A stretch of 64,000 nucleotides of DNA from Hypanus sabinus (Eukaryota), in the NCBI RefSeq assembly GCF_030144855.1, contig NC_082734.1:3100001-3164000 (forward strand), written 5' to 3'. Positions 50,271 through 63,779 of the stretch are shown in pieces (position 1 is the stretch's first letter; each line of letters starts with the position of its first letter). Position numbers and translations under genes: made by a program. The notes below the pieces were generated by a model that was not told the origin of the DNA, searched no databases, and saw only the letters and a list, made by a program, of their open reading frames with translations.

Positions 50271-51842
50271 GCAGAGTAGTTGCTGTGCCAGGCCCTGATG
50301 TGTCCGAGTCGGATGCTTTCAAAGGTGCATTAATATAAATTGGTGAGGGTTAATGAGATGGGTCATGTTTCTTCAGCCTCCTTTGGACATTTACTGAGGT
50401 GGTGTAGACTCCATGAGAGAAGGGGAGGTGGGGAAAGAGGGCAGAGAGAAAGGAGAGGAGGGAGAGAAAGAAACCGTCAAGGTTTGACTCTGTCTCTCCC
50501 CACCCCCTGCACCCTCTTTCAGAGACAGAAAGGGAGACGAGATTGGGTGTGGTGGAGGGGGGTAGCGGACAAACCAACCGAGGACCTCCAAAGGCAGTCA
50601 GGCCAGGTATGCAGAGATGTCGTTGACTCCACTGAGGAAACAAAGCCACAGGGATGGAAGTGTGGAGGTGCTGTGGATCACCCGAAGGTGCGTGGGGATG
50701 AGAAGGCAGACCATTCTGATACTGAGTTTTGAATTCTGCCGGGAACCCAGCCAGAGGATGAGGGCCTGTTACTAAAGAAACAGCCATGCAGCATGGAAAC
50801 AAGCCCTTTGGCCCTACTCATACCTGCCAACCATGTTGCCCAGTGAGCTAGACCCAGCTCCCTGTATTTGGCACATAGTTCAACAAACCTCTCCTATAGA
50901 TGGCTTTTAAATGTTGTTAATGTGCTGGGCCCTAATCACTTTTTAAGACCATAAGGCATAGGAGCAAAAGTATGTCATTCAGTTTATTGGGTCTGCTTCA
51001 TCATAGGATTGTGGCTGATTTATTATCCCTCTCAACCTCATTCTCCTGTCTTCTCTCCATAACCTTTGACTAATCAAGAAACTATCAAGCTCCACTCTAA
51101 ATACACCCAGTGACCTGGCCTCCACAGGTGCCTGTGGCAATGAATTCCACAGATTCACCCCCTTCTGGCTAAAGAAGTTCCTCCTCATCTGTGTTCAATC
51201 ATGGCAGATTTATTTTCCTCCCAACCCCAGTCCTCTGCTTTCTCCCTGTAACTCTTAACGATTAAGCACCTATCTACCTCTACTTTAAATATACTAATGA
51301 TGGAGCTATTTCTAGCTGCTTGTTCAAATTATTTTTATTTATTTCACTCTTTGCATTAAGTCGCTTCCTGTCCCATGAGGTTCTTTTTAAATCTCCCGCT
51401 TAAGTTTTAAATCTATGCTCTTCTTGCTAAGCAGCCCCCCAAGAAAAAAACTTTAACCCTATCTATGTTGCTGTGATCTTATATACCTTAACCAGGTCAC
51501 CCCTCAATCTCCATCGTTCCAGAGAATCAAGTAAATAGGTGAATCGGGTGATTATTGTCATGTACGGAGATACAGTGAAAAATCTGGAAAGTATAGGAGA
51601 TGGAACTGGAAGAAGTCACCTGGGTCTGCAGAAACTTCCGGAGTTATCTTCAGCTCATCCTGCCTCTACCTGCAGTGCATTGCATGCACTCACCACTTTG
51701 TGCTTAAAAATAAAACTTGCCTCTGACATCTCCCCCTATACTTTCCTCCAGTCACCTTAAAACTATGGTAATTGGAGATTAGTTGATGGAGGTGTACAAG
51801 ATGATATATGGCGTTGATGAAGTGGGCAGCCAGAGACATTTT

Positions 51843-52136
51843 TCCAGGATGGAATTGGCTCAAAGGGGCTTAAAACTCATTCTCCTACAGGTAGAAAAGC
51901 ACCAGCTCACTCGATGATCCTGATAAAACATGTTCTCTAATCCAGGATGGAATTGGCTCAAAGGGGCTTAAAACTCATTCTCCCACAGGTAGAAAAGCAC
52001 CAGCTCACTCGATGATCATAAAACATGCTCTCGAATCCAGGATGGAATTGGCTCGAAGGGGCTTAAAACTCATTCTCCCACAGGTAGAAAAGCACCAGCT
52101 CACTCGATGATCATAAAACATGCTCTCGAATCCAGG
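51843..52136. repeat. Three tandem copies of a ~96-nt unit at a CR1/CR1 inversion junction
   Basis: TCCAGGATGGAATTGGCTCAAAGGGGCTTAAAACTCATTCTCC...CTCGATGATC...AAAACATG repeated three times. Confidence 0.85.
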
Positions 52137-52800
52137 TAAATCAGCTCTGGGAAGCTTCCACATCCTTCCAATATAATGAAGCCACCAGAACCAAACACCA
52201 TGTTCCAAATGTTTAAACATTACCTTGCATCCCTTTAACTTAATCCCGACTATTGAAGGTGAACATGCCATGCATTTTCCCACAACCCTATTGACTTGTG
52301 TGGCAAATTTTGAGGGATCTGTGGGTGCGAACTCTACAGTCCCTCTGTTACTCCACACTGCTAAAAGTCCTGCCTTCAGATTTGACCTTTCAAAGTGGTT
52401 TGTTTCTCTCTTTTCTGGATTAAACACCATCTGCCTGTTCTCAGCCCAGCTCTGCATCCTATAAATGTCCTGTTGTAACCTACAACAACCTTCTACAGCA
52501 GCCACACAAACACCAACCTTCGTGTCATCTGCAAACTTACTAACCCATCCTTCCTCTTCCTCGTCCATTTATTAAAAAAAAGATCATTTATAAACATCAC
52601 AAAGAGCAGGGTTCCCAGAACAGATCCCTACTGAACACCACTAGTCACTGACCTTCAGACAGAATATGATCCATTTACAATCACCTTCTGCCTTTCAGGC
52701 AAGGCAATTCCGAATCCATGCCACTAAGTTTCCCTGGCTGTAATACCTCCTGACTTCCTTAATGGGGAACTTTGTCAAATGCCTTACTAAAGTCCATATT
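52136..52800 (-). mobile_element. Degenerate CR1 RT fragment
   Basis: GWVSKFADDTKVG...LQQDI motif. Confidence 0.8.
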
Positions 52801-53349
52801 CACACAATGGGGAATGAGAGAAGAGTGAGCGGGGACGTTACCTGAAGCTAGAGAAATTGATGTTCATGCCATCATTTGGAGGCTACCGGGATGGAATATG
52901 AAGTGCTGCTTATCCTCAATGAGAGTGGCCACATCCTAGCAGTAGAGGAGGCCGTGAGCTGACGTGTCAGGATTGGGATTGGAATTAAAATGGTTGGCGA
53001 GTGGGATATCCGGCTTGGCACTTGACAAAGCGGTCCCCTACATCGGTGAGATGGGGTGGGGCAAGTAGAAGGGGGAAGGTTTAAAAGTGATTTGCAGGGC
53101 AAGTTATTTATGCAGAGTGGTGGGTGCCTGGGGTGGTGGTGGTGGAGGTAAATATATGAAAGATGTTGAACAAACTCTGACATGGTTATGGAGGGAGATG
53201 GAAACTGAAGGCAGAGGGATTAGTTGGGCATTTGATTACTAATTTAATTGGTTTGGCACAACGTTGTGGGCAGAATGAACTGTTCCATGTTCTTAAAACA
53301 AAGATTCTCTGTGTAGTTTCCAAGAAGGCTCAATAACTCTGTAGTTTCA

Positions 53350-53470
53350 CAACTAAACATTTCTGGGATGTGAGAGGAAAGCGGAGACCTCAGGGCAAAA
53401 CCCACACAGTCACAGGGATAACATACAAACTCCATTCACACTTGGAGGTCAGCTCGAACCCCAGTCTGTC
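53350..53470 (-). mobile_element. V-SINE-like fragment
   Basis: Minus strand GGAGTTTGTATGTTATCCCTGTGACTGTGTGGGT resembles the V-domain consensus. Confidence 0.55.
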
Positions 53471-55144
53471 GATATTGTGTGCCAATAGAGAGAGGTCCCG
53501 CCTGGATAATCTGACTCAAGGAGTGCAGTAATGAGGGCAATGCTGTTGATGGAGTATACCTGGAATTCAGTAAAAACAAGTTGTGTTTATCTCAGACGGT
53601 GACGAGGAGAACGACTGGTTGAGTAGTGTCACCACAACAGCTCCAGATTTCTTCCTCAGGGTTTACTCCCATGCTGGGTATGGCCGCAAGGCAGAGGAGG
53701 TTTAAAATTAGGGTTTTCTTTTTCCTAGGTGGGTTGCTGTTGAAGGCTGATGAGCCGCACCTGCCCAAAGCAACTAGAAATAGAAATCAAGCCGGCGTAC
53801 ACCAATTGGGCTGGTAGCTTATTCATTCCACACTCTCATGCCCCGTTAAGTCAAGGTTTCTTGACTGGGGTTCTGAGGGAGGTCATGATTTTTTAAAAAA
53901 AAATCATTTTTAAAAAATCATTTTTTGATTCGTGCAATGTAGACATTCGTCATCTAAAGAACACTCAGCAAAATTTGGCGTGCTATTTTCTTGAAAGCAC
54001 TCCTGCAATTCAACTAATTCAACTTCTCGCAGTGGTGGGCAGTGATCAAGCAGCCCTGTTAGCAATCTCATTAGAGCAGAGCTGCCAGTGACAGTAAAGC
54101 AGATTCTGACACATGTACACAATTACACATACAGTAAAAAGCCTGTCCAAGGCACACAGAACACAGGCTATAATCAGGATCACCTTTGTATGCTGTAATA
54201 TTTATAGCTTTCAGCAGCAGTACAATGCAATGACATAAAATTACAATAAATTACTAAATAAATAATTAGTGCACAAGAGGAACCGTGTTCATGGACCATT
54301 CAGGAATCTGATGGTGGATGGAAAGAAGCTGTTCTTGAATTGCTCAGTGTGAGTCTTCCGGCTCCTGTAGCCCCTCTCTGATGTTAATGTGGAAGTTGTG
54401 GCAAGACAAGGGTTAAAATGATAAACTGACAGGAAGAGTGTATGGACGTCGTTCAGTCACCCCTGAAAATTGTTCTGTTCATGCCTGGACACCAGGGTCA
54501 CTGAGCAGACCAAGATAAACAAACACTGAGATAGACCAAGACAAGATAAAGATGCAAGTTTTATTGGCACCTAACACAGAGTCACAGAGAAGTACACATG
54601 CACCACTTGTGCTGGAAGCTCATTCAACACTCTCTCATGACCCTCTGAATGAAGAAGTTTCCCCTCATGTTCCCTTAAAATTTTCACCTTTCATAGATGT
54701 AATTGGTTATTAACACCTGGGATACGTGTAATATAATGAAAATGGTGGGATGCCGAGGTGCAGAGTTTCTATTGCATCAATATCTGTGTCCAACAAGTCA
54801 ACACAGAATATTACAGCTGAGTGTAGGCCCTTGGGCCCACAATTCTGTGGCAACTTTTTAACCTACTCTTAACATCAATTGAACCCTTCCCTCCCACATA
54901 AACCTCAATTCTGCAATCAACTATGTGCCTATCTAGGAATCACTTATGTATGAACCTAATGTATCTGCCTCTACCACTACCCTTGGCTGGATATTCCATG
55001 CATCCAACACTATCAGTCAGAGAAAAACTTCTGACTTCCCCCTATGCTTTTCTCCAATCACATTACAATTAGCCAATCATATTAGCCAATTCTCACTTGG
55101 GGAAAAAAGTCACTGGCTGTCCACTCTAGGTATGCCTCTTATCA

Positions 55145-55855
55145 AAGTCCAAAGTAAAAATTTATTATTGGAGTACATACAGATCACCCATACAATCCTG
55201 AGATTTTTTTTCCTGTCAGCATATTTATCAAATCTATAGAACAGCAACCATAAACTGTAAACATTAGGAACTGTAAATAAATCACAAATGCAGATATAAA
55301 TAAATAGCAAAAAACTAGTGTGAACGAACAAAATAACGTATAACCATCCCCTTCTGTTTAAGAGCCTGAGGGTTGAGCGGTAGTAACTGTTCTTGAACCT
55401 GCTGGTGTGAGTATCTGATGGCAGCACCGAGAAGAGAGCATGGCCTGGGTGGTGAGGATCTCTGATGGTGGACACCGCTTTTCTATGGCGACATTTCATG
55501 TAGATGTGCTCAGTGGTTGGAAAGCTTTACCTGTGATGTAGTGGGCCAAATCTACAACCCCGTGTAGGATTTTCAACTGAAAGGCATTGGTGTTCCCACA
55601 CCAGGCTGTAATACAGCCGGTCAATACTTACCACCACACATCTACAGAAGTTTATCAAGATTTGATGATGTACCAAATCTCTAGACTCCCAAGGAAGTAG
55701 AGGCACTATTGAGCTTTCTTTCGATTACGTATATATCATGGGTCCAGGATAGATCCTCTGAGATAGTGATGCCCATGAACTTAAAGTTACTAACCCTCTC
55801 CACCTCTGATTCTCCAATGAGTACTGGCTCATGGACCTCTGGTTTCATGACCAAC
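55145..55855 (-). mobile_element. LINE 3' fragment (Rex/Babar- or L2-like)
   Basis: VERVSNFKFMGITISEDLSW and DPHHPGHALFSVLPS...TSRFKNSYY motifs. Confidence 0.75.
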
Positions 55856-56954
55856 CATGGCTCTGAGCTGGAAATGTTTACATGACCTGAAAACTGCATG
55901 GCACTTTAAATGTTTTTTTTCTCTGTAATATGCGTATTTGAATATTCACTAGATGGTGTTGGCATTTTGCGAACCGACTAGCAATAAGCTACCGACTTCC
56001 ATTCTGTGTTTATTGTTACAATTTGTTGCACTGTTGTAACTTCAAACACTGTCAATGTAAATACATTGAAGCTCTAAAATGTTTCAAAGTTAAGGTTGTG
56101 ATACTGGGAGCATTTCAGACAGCACATGGCCAAGCACATGTGCAGCTTAGAGGGAGGAGTGGTGATAGGAGGCCGAGGAGGAAAGTGATGGGAAGCTGCA
56201 AGCAGCTCTGAACCACTTGAGCATGTCCTCAGTCTCTGTCTGTACACCAGGAGCTGTAGTACAGTCAGACTTTCCAACGTGTGGGCCTGATATGTTGGTA
56301 GTGGTTGTACAGAGACTTCTTCAAGCTGGCCTGGTTGAAATCCCCTGCACTGATCAGGAAGGCTATGCTGTTTCATGGCTGTTGATCATGTTCTCAGCTC
56401 CTCCAGAGCCTGCCTTACGTTGGCCAGGGTTGGAATGTACACCACCTCCAGGATGAGGGTGGAAAACTCTCTCGGCAGATAAAATGGATGACAGGTGACT
56501 GTTAGGAGTTCCAGTTAGTGGGAGCAGGACTGAGGCAGAACCAGCACACCTAGAAAGTTCAGAGAGATAGGGTTTAAAAATGTGCAGATGGGACCAGCTG
56601 GTATGAGAATCTGGGTTGGCATAGACCAGTTGGGCTGAATGGCCTCTTTCATGGGGGTCTGATTTTGTGAATTGATGACAATGACTACATGGCCACTCGC
56701 TTCCTCTGCCCGTTCTGAAGTTTGCCCCACAGGGAGTGTAAAGGTTTAGAAATATAGTTGAATCGCTGAGTTTATATTTAGGTGTCAGTGTCTCTCAGCC
56801 TGCATCCCTTCTGGTATTGTGGCAAATTCCATTCCCGGCCTTGAAGCAACTAGGAGGGCAATACCAAGTCTCTAATGGGGAGAGGGTGGGAGTGAGTGAC
56901 GATGTGAATGCATGGGAGATTATTACATAGAAAACCTAGTTGTGCCCAACTTGT

Positions 56955-57155
56955 CTGTATTTGGCCAGGTTATCTCTGGAAAATAAAATTGAAGACCTTA
57001 GAGCTAAATTGCTGTACCAGGGACATCAGCGATTGCTGTGTATTTTGCTTCACAGAATCGTGGCTATCCTCCGCCATTTCGGATACTTCACTACTCTCTT
57101 TCAAAGGGAGAGGAGGTGGAGAATGCTCTCTGCGGGCGGTGTACGTTCCGCCTCA
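56955..57155 (+). mobile_element. LINE endonuclease remnant directly upstream of the CpG island
   Basis: SLENKIEDLRAKLLYQ / RDISDCCVFCFTESWL / GRGGG / AVYVPPQ across frameshifts. Confidence 0.7.
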
Positions 57156-57169
57156 GGAACCGAGCACCG

Positions 57170-58400
57170 TGGCCAGCTGGAGGATTCTCTGAACGAGTGC
57201 AGGTCCAGCAGCAGCGGCCCAGCCTCCAAAGGGCCCGCCCGGCGTGGCGTGGCGTGGCGCGAGCTCCCTTGGCGCCTTTGCGTAACACGTCAGAGGGGCG
57301 AGGCGGCGGGGAGAGGGCGAACGCTGCGGCTTGCTGCACCACGTGGTGGTGGCCGGGGAGAAGGGATGGGGGCGGGGTTTTGCGATCACGTGACCTACCG
57401 GCGGACAATGCCATCCGGAGGAAGAATGGGGGGGGGTGGTGTCCTACCAAACATAGATAACATATCCCTCAGCCCCCCAAAAAGAAAGGAGGTTCCCCCC
57501 CGAAGATATATTGTTTAATAGTTTTTAAAACATAACAGCAAGCCTGGTCTGTGAGAAGGAAAGGAACTGTAGAAGAGTGGAGACAGAGAGTCCACCCCTC
57601 CATCAGGTCCTGGGTCCCGCTAAGGCTCCGCCCCCAGCCTCCCCCACCCCCTCCGTCAGTCGGGACCGCAGCGGCCGGGGCGAAGGCAGGATGGCGTCGA
57701 ACGGTAAGTGGCGGAGGTGCAACCGATCTCCATCACTCATGCCCAGTCTGATCGACGCCTCCGGGGTCGGAAGAATTAGTTTATTTCGGCTTTCCCCCTC
57801 CGCTGTAACGCCGCCATTTCGAGCCTCGTACTCCCCCTCCAGCCGCCGCCATTTTGTCCGCCCCTCTCCATCCTCGCCATTCCGGTCGTTAAATCCCGCC
57901 GCTGGTCTCCGCGCTTCCCCGCCGACGTTGGTCTGAAATGGGCGGCGATTTAGCCATTTCGGGGGAGGGGGGAGCTCGGTGTCGCCGCCGACATTTCGCG
58001 GCTCCTTCCCGCATTAACGTTGCGGGTGCACCTTTAAATCTGTGTCGCAGCGGCAATAAAAGTGGCGGCGGCGGGTCATTTGTTATGCGCGGGTGGATCA
58101 TGGCGCGCCGCCCTTTCACACGGCAAAACTCCCCCCCCACCCCACGCACTTTTCTCCCAGTTGGGAACTCCATCATTCCCCCAGCCGAAAATAAAAAAAT
58201 CCGCTGGGGTTCCGTCCGCCCTCCCGTAAGGTGGGGGCGGCGCCGGATCCCATGCGGGGGAGGATGGCGGCGGATTGCGCCGGGTATCTCCCCCCTCCCC
58301 CCGGCGCCGGGACAGGCCATGGCGGATGGGCGACATCCGGGCTTTTTTCTTCCTTGGCTTGGCGTGGTGCGCGGTGACGTCAGAAGTGCCTGTCCATCAC
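57170..58400 (+). promoter_or_regulatory. CpG island promoter of the FUS-like gene
   Basis: High CpG density; CACGTG at 57340, TCACGTGA at 57386, GGGGCGGGG, CRE-like ACGTCA/TGACGTCA, many GCCAT(TT) YY1-type motifs. Confidence 0.85.
57691..57703 (+). CDS. FUS: FET-family gene (probably FUS) coding exon 1: ATG GCG TCG AAC G
   Basis: 13-nt MASN + G followed by gtaagt inside a CpG island, the FUS/EWSR1 first-exon structure; MASN and 16p11.2 synteny favour FUS. Confidence 0.75.
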
Positions 58401-58830
58401 CCAAGAGTTGACCCTCATACTGGGTTTGGGGAGCAGTTCCGCTCTTTGGTTTGGATCGTACTGTACAGTGGGTGGGTACACTGATTCCCCTTTTGCATGC
58501 CCCTGCATAAGGTAACCTGGTTCATCGTGGATATTGAAACCTTGCTTTGACATCTAGGTAATGCCAATGATGCCGGGTACCCAGAGATAGCAGGATAAAG
58601 TGTGAGGCTTGTAGAGATATTAAGAATTGTGTTTATCATCACTGAACTGCATTACGTCTCACAGTAGCAATACAGTGCAAGTAAAAGTCATTCATTTGTG
58701 CGAAAGAGAATGGCAAGGTTCATGGCTTCAGAAATATGATGGTGGAGGGGCTGAAGCTGTTCCTTAATTGAGTATGGATCTTCAGGCTCCTGTACCTCCT
58801 CCCTGTTGTTAGTATCAAACAAAGGGCATA

Positions 58831-59974
58831 CAGTCAGCCCTCCTTATCTGCGAGTTCTGCATGTGCGAATTCAACCAACCGCGAATCGAGAAAACACAGA
58901 AGTGCTCTTGTTCAAGCATGTACAGACCTTTTTCTCTTGTCATTTTTCCCTAAACAATGCAATATAACAACTATTTTACATAACATTTACATTGTATTAG
59001 GTATTATAAGTAATATAGAGATTATTTCAAGTACATGGGAGGATGTGCGTAGGTTACCGTGGATCGGGATCGGAAGCTAAATCGGAAGTTCTCTTACTGA
59101 GTAAGTCGGAACGGGTACATCTGATATTATTTAGCGTCAGTTAGTCAAACGTTTGTCTTAGTATATAGTATATATTTTATCTTTCAATTCAAGTCAAGTC
59201 ACTTCTATTTAAGTCATTTGGACCATAACTGCTGGTACAGTAAAAATGGAGACCTTTTTTTCAGGACCATGGTGTTACGTGACACAGTACAAAAACTAGA
59301 CTGAACTACGTAAAAAATCAACACAGAAAAAACTAGACTACGCACCTACCTAGGACTGCGTAAGGTGCACAAAACAGTGTAGGCATTACAATAAATAATA
59401 AACAGGACAATAGGGCATATATAAAACATGCATATAGAACACTTAAGAACGTATATTTCAGCACTGGGCTCGGGGACAGAAGTTCCCGAGGCCGATCCAG
59501 TGACAGATTGTTCCTGAGCATGCTCTGCATCTGTGCCTGGTTGATTGGAGGAGCAAAAACCCAAAACTCAATCATTAAACCACTATGTTGCTTAGTAATA
59601 ATTGTAGCTTTCATTGGGGCAGGGCCTATCTCACTTTATCCTTTAAAATTGTTCCGATCGTTAACCAGCTGACACCTAACGCTTTTCCAATGACCGATGG
59701 CGTTGCACCTCTTTCTGATTGCTTTATTATTTCCACTTTATTTTCAATTGTGATCATGATTATTTTCATGAGCAGAGACACTGCAGATTCAGAACTCTGC
59801 TGCTGGGTCCTAATGTCCACTGCACTGAGACAGGTTAAATAAGGTCTCGGGTTCTGCTGGGTCCTAAGGTCCACCGCATTGAGACAGGTTAAATAAGGGA
59901 CTCGAGCATCCGTGTTTTTTGGTATCCGTAAGGGGTCCCAGAACCAATCCCTCATGGATAAGGAGGGCCGACTG
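58831..59974 (-). mobile_element. Non-autonomous Tigger/pogo element in FUS-like intron 1, with a nested LINE-tail insertion at about 59190-59425
   Basis: TA duplication; TIRs CAGTCAGCCCTCCTTATC / GATAAGGAGGGCCGACTG; remnant ITIENKVEIIKQSERGATPSVIGKALG. Confidence 0.88.
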
Positions 59975-60190
59975 TACCTAGGATGGTGAGGGTACTTAGT
60001 AATGGACGTTGCCATCCGTGTTGAGGTATCGCCTTTAGAAGATGTCCTTGGTTATAGGGAGTGTGATGGAGCTGGCTAAGTCTACAACCCCTGCAGCATT
60101 TTGCACATTGGAGCCTGCATACTGGTGATGCACCAGTGATAAATCAATATGATAAATCTGTCGAAATTTGCAAAATTCTTTGGTCACATA

Positions 60191-61691
60191 CAGTTCTGTG
60201 CAAGTGTCTTTGGTATCCTAGATTTTTCATACAAATTCAGTTTTAGATTTTTTTTGTCTTTGCATTAGTCTGTTAGTAGAAAAAAAAGTGAATTTTTGTG
60301 TTCCAAACACTCATTTTCAAAAAAATGGATGTTGGAGAAACTTTATGGAAGAAAGTAACATTAAATAATAGACCACTTTTCAAATAAAAAAGCTGATTAA
60401 AGATCTAGTGCTTTCCCAGCACATATGGTGAATGAACTGTTGTCAGGCTTTCAGCTGTGTACAGGTATTGATTATAGCCAGTGTTTGAAAGCCTGTACCC
60501 GGCTGGAAGCCGAGAAGAGATTTTTAAAAACTTGATTAGTTTGTAGGTGTAGAGCCCAGTGCATTATTAGATAAAGATATCAAGCAGGTTCCACTGATCA
60601 ATGACAAACTAGTTGAGTGAATGAAACTGCTACTGAAAAGGCTGCAGAAGGAATCAAAACTGGATGGGAGACAACCAGACTAATAGGAGAGGACGTGGCA
60701 CATGTGACAGATCAATCTTCAAATCGGCACCATGGCAAGGGTGAGCACAGCAACAAGACACAAGGTGGTCACCCTGCAGGATCACTAAGAAACTGAGAAG
60801 GTTGTGGACCAGAAGCTGAGAGAGACAGCGAACTGATGACCCTTCTAAATAGGAAGAAATCCAGCACTCACGGAGAGTACTGGAACGCAAGTATACTCCT
60901 CTACGTTCCAGAGAAACCTTGTTAGTGGTCTTTGTGGAAGTCTTGCTGCCAAAAAGCTAGACATCTGAAGTGGAAACAAAGCCAAGCAACTCACCTCTGC
61001 ACAAAAACACAAGGACTTGGGCGCTGAACAATGATAGCAAGTGCCCTGGACCCACGAGTCAAAATTTGAAATTGTTGGCTCAAGCAGGAGGCAAACTGTC
61101 CCTAGAAGAGCTGGAGAGTGCTACATGAATGAGTGTCTGCTGCCAATTGTTAAGTACTCTGAGGTGTTCCCTGCAGCTTTGGATCTGCATTTGTGCTCGT
61201 GATCTGGTCAGAATGAATGGAATCCTCAGTGCCGAGAGGTACAAGCCGATTCTCATCCCTCACACAATTCCATCAGGGAGATGTCTGATGGTTTCCAACT
61301 TCATTCTGCACAGGACAATGACACTAACCACAGCCAGGTTTATACAGATCTATCTTCAGCAAAAAGAAGAACAAGGAATTCTGCAATAGATGGTATGTCT
61401 TTCACAGAGCCCAGATCTCAACATCACTGAGGTTGTCAGGGATTACTTGGAGAGACAGAAGCGAGTGAGACTGCCAAAGTCTGCAGAAAACTGGCAAATT
61501 CTCCAAGATACTTAACAGGCTACCAGCAGATTTTCTTATAGCATGACAATGTAGTTCACACTAATACTGATTTGAATTATTTTTATTTTTAATAATTTTT
61601 TTTTGATTTTTAGAAACTTCATTATTTTTGAAAGCATTTTGCTTTATAGAATTTTTTTGGTACATCTGCCTAAGACTTTTACACAGCACTG
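60191..61691 (+). mobile_element. Decayed Tc1-family transposon, about 1.5 kb
   Basis: Imperfect TIRs CAGTTCTGTGCAAGTGTCTTTGG / CCTAAGACTTTTACACAGCACTG; remnants ESKFEIVG, MNGILSAERYKPIL, QDND, QSPDLNITE. Confidence 0.8.
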
Positions 61692-63779
61692 AATCAGATC
61701 TCAAACTGCTAATGAAGTGGAGCTGGTGACTTGATTGAGTGCGTGATTGTGGGTTTTGTAAGTTTATTTTCACTCAGAGAAGCAGTTGTGAGACATTATT
61801 CAAGCATACTGCAGTTACAGACATAATCGGTACTTAACCCAAAGTTGTAATTTAAACACAAAATCAAAAGGTGTGAAAAGTCAGGAGACAGCAACTGCTC
61901 AAACTGCAACCATTCTCAAACCAGAATACACAGACTCAACCTTAATCGTTATTTACGGGAATCCGAGACTCCCCAATTCCCTTATAACTTTATCACCTCC
62001 CCGTCTCTTAAAGCGTTCAAAGCTGACACCATTTTGCCTTGCAGGCTTCCATTTTGTTTTACACATTTTAGTATATATGAGGAGGAAATAAATTTAACCC
62101 TTTCCTTACAAGAGTGTACAAGACAGATTTTTCCACTATTTCTTGGTAAACGTGACAATCACAAATTGATTCCAGTTCCGTCTGTTTCCTCTGGAGTGAA
62201 GGGGGCTGAAGGGATGGCGAGGGGTGTAAGAGGGGTGGCCGGTTACAGTCTTTTTCAGTGGGAAAAGGGGAGTCTGAAACTAGAGCATTGGCTTAGTGAC
62301 AGGGAAACAATTCAAAGGAGACCTGAGCAGCAACTGCTTCATGCAGAAGGTGGCGGAGATGAGGAATGAGCTGCCAGAGGGGAGATTTCGAGAGATCCGG
62401 ACCAAGCACAGCCGTTTGGGACAAGTTCAGGAAGGCACCTTGGTCGGCATGCAAGAGTTGGGCAGTAGGGCGTTCTGTGCTGTAATGCTCAGTGACACTT
62501 CACATTCTGTCAGTTGTGTTCACTGATCCTGAAGGTCAGAGACAGCAGGGGGGCAATCTGCTGAATTTGCCCTTTGACTTCAACCATAGACAGCACCTTA
62601 CCCAGTTGCTTCATCGCTTGGTACTGTAAGAAACCAGACAGTTGTGGGCATAGCCCAGTCCCTCACAGGAACAAGCATCCCTTCTGTCTACACTTGTTGC
62701 TGCCTTGGGAAATCAGCACCATGTACATTCTCTCCTCTCCACTCCTGTCGTGCAGAAGATGCAACAGCTCCATCAGGCCCAAGGGTAATTTCTCTCTCTA
62801 AGGCTCTTTGCAGTACATGTCACACTAATAAACTCATTTACACATATGTGATGCTGCTGCAATTGTGCATGTCACAATAAACATTTAGTTTAAGCTCATC
62901 TCATAGGGTAAGATGGACCCTAACCTCACAATTGACCTCATTGTGGTCCTTGCACTGAATTGACTGCCTGCACTACAGTCTGCATTCAGTTTCTCTTTCT
63001 TGTCAGTGTAACTATGCATGGAATTACCTGTCTGGTTGGCACGTGAACAGAAGCTGTCTCTGTACACAGGACAGTAATACACCAATTGAATGAACAGCGG
63101 GATCCATTGCTGTGCAAGTTGATAGGGAGATTTAGAAGGTGTATGTATGTTACCTTCGTTAGTCGGGACTGAGTTCAAGAGCTGCAAGGAAATGTTGCAG
63201 CTTCATAACACTGGTTAGACCTGTGTTCAGTTCTAGTTGTCTCATTATCAGAAGATTGTGGAAGCTTTAGAGAGGGTACAGGGCCAGGATGATGTCCAGA
63301 TTAGAGAATGATTTTATGAGGAAGGGTTGAGTGAGCCAGGGCTTTCTGGTGCACAGGGGGATGAGAGACTTGATAGAGGTATATGAGATTATGAGAGGAA
63401 AGCCAGTGCCTATTTCCCAGGGTGGCAATGGCTAATATAGGAGAACATCCCTCTTAAGCTGAGTGGGCAGTTCAGGGGTAGTTTGCGCCCCACACAGTGA
63501 TTTACTGTTTGGTGTGGTGTTAGAGGCAGATACGTTAGAGACAGTTAAGAGACAGAAAAGAGGTTATTGGCTGCAAAGGAGGAAGAGTTATATTGATGAT
63601 AGGTTTATCTGGGTCAGCACAGCATCATGACCAAATCTTGTGCCCTACTTTTTATAGGTACCATTACCAATTAAATGACTTAAGTGGTCCTGTCTGCCTT
63701 TTGTGATTTCTGTACTGGAGCACCTCAATCCCCAGAAGCAGCAAAGTTTTGATTTTCTCTTGTCTTTTCTTCATTGTAG

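Noticed and set aside
50340-50802. Intergenic 130-150 aa ORFs
   Set aside because: No recognisable homology or consistent exon structure; located among repeat fragments.
56940-58484. Overlapping 100-190 aa ORFs in the CpG island
   Set aside because: Expected in GC-rich stop-poor DNA; no recognisable domains apart from a LINE endonuclease remnant.
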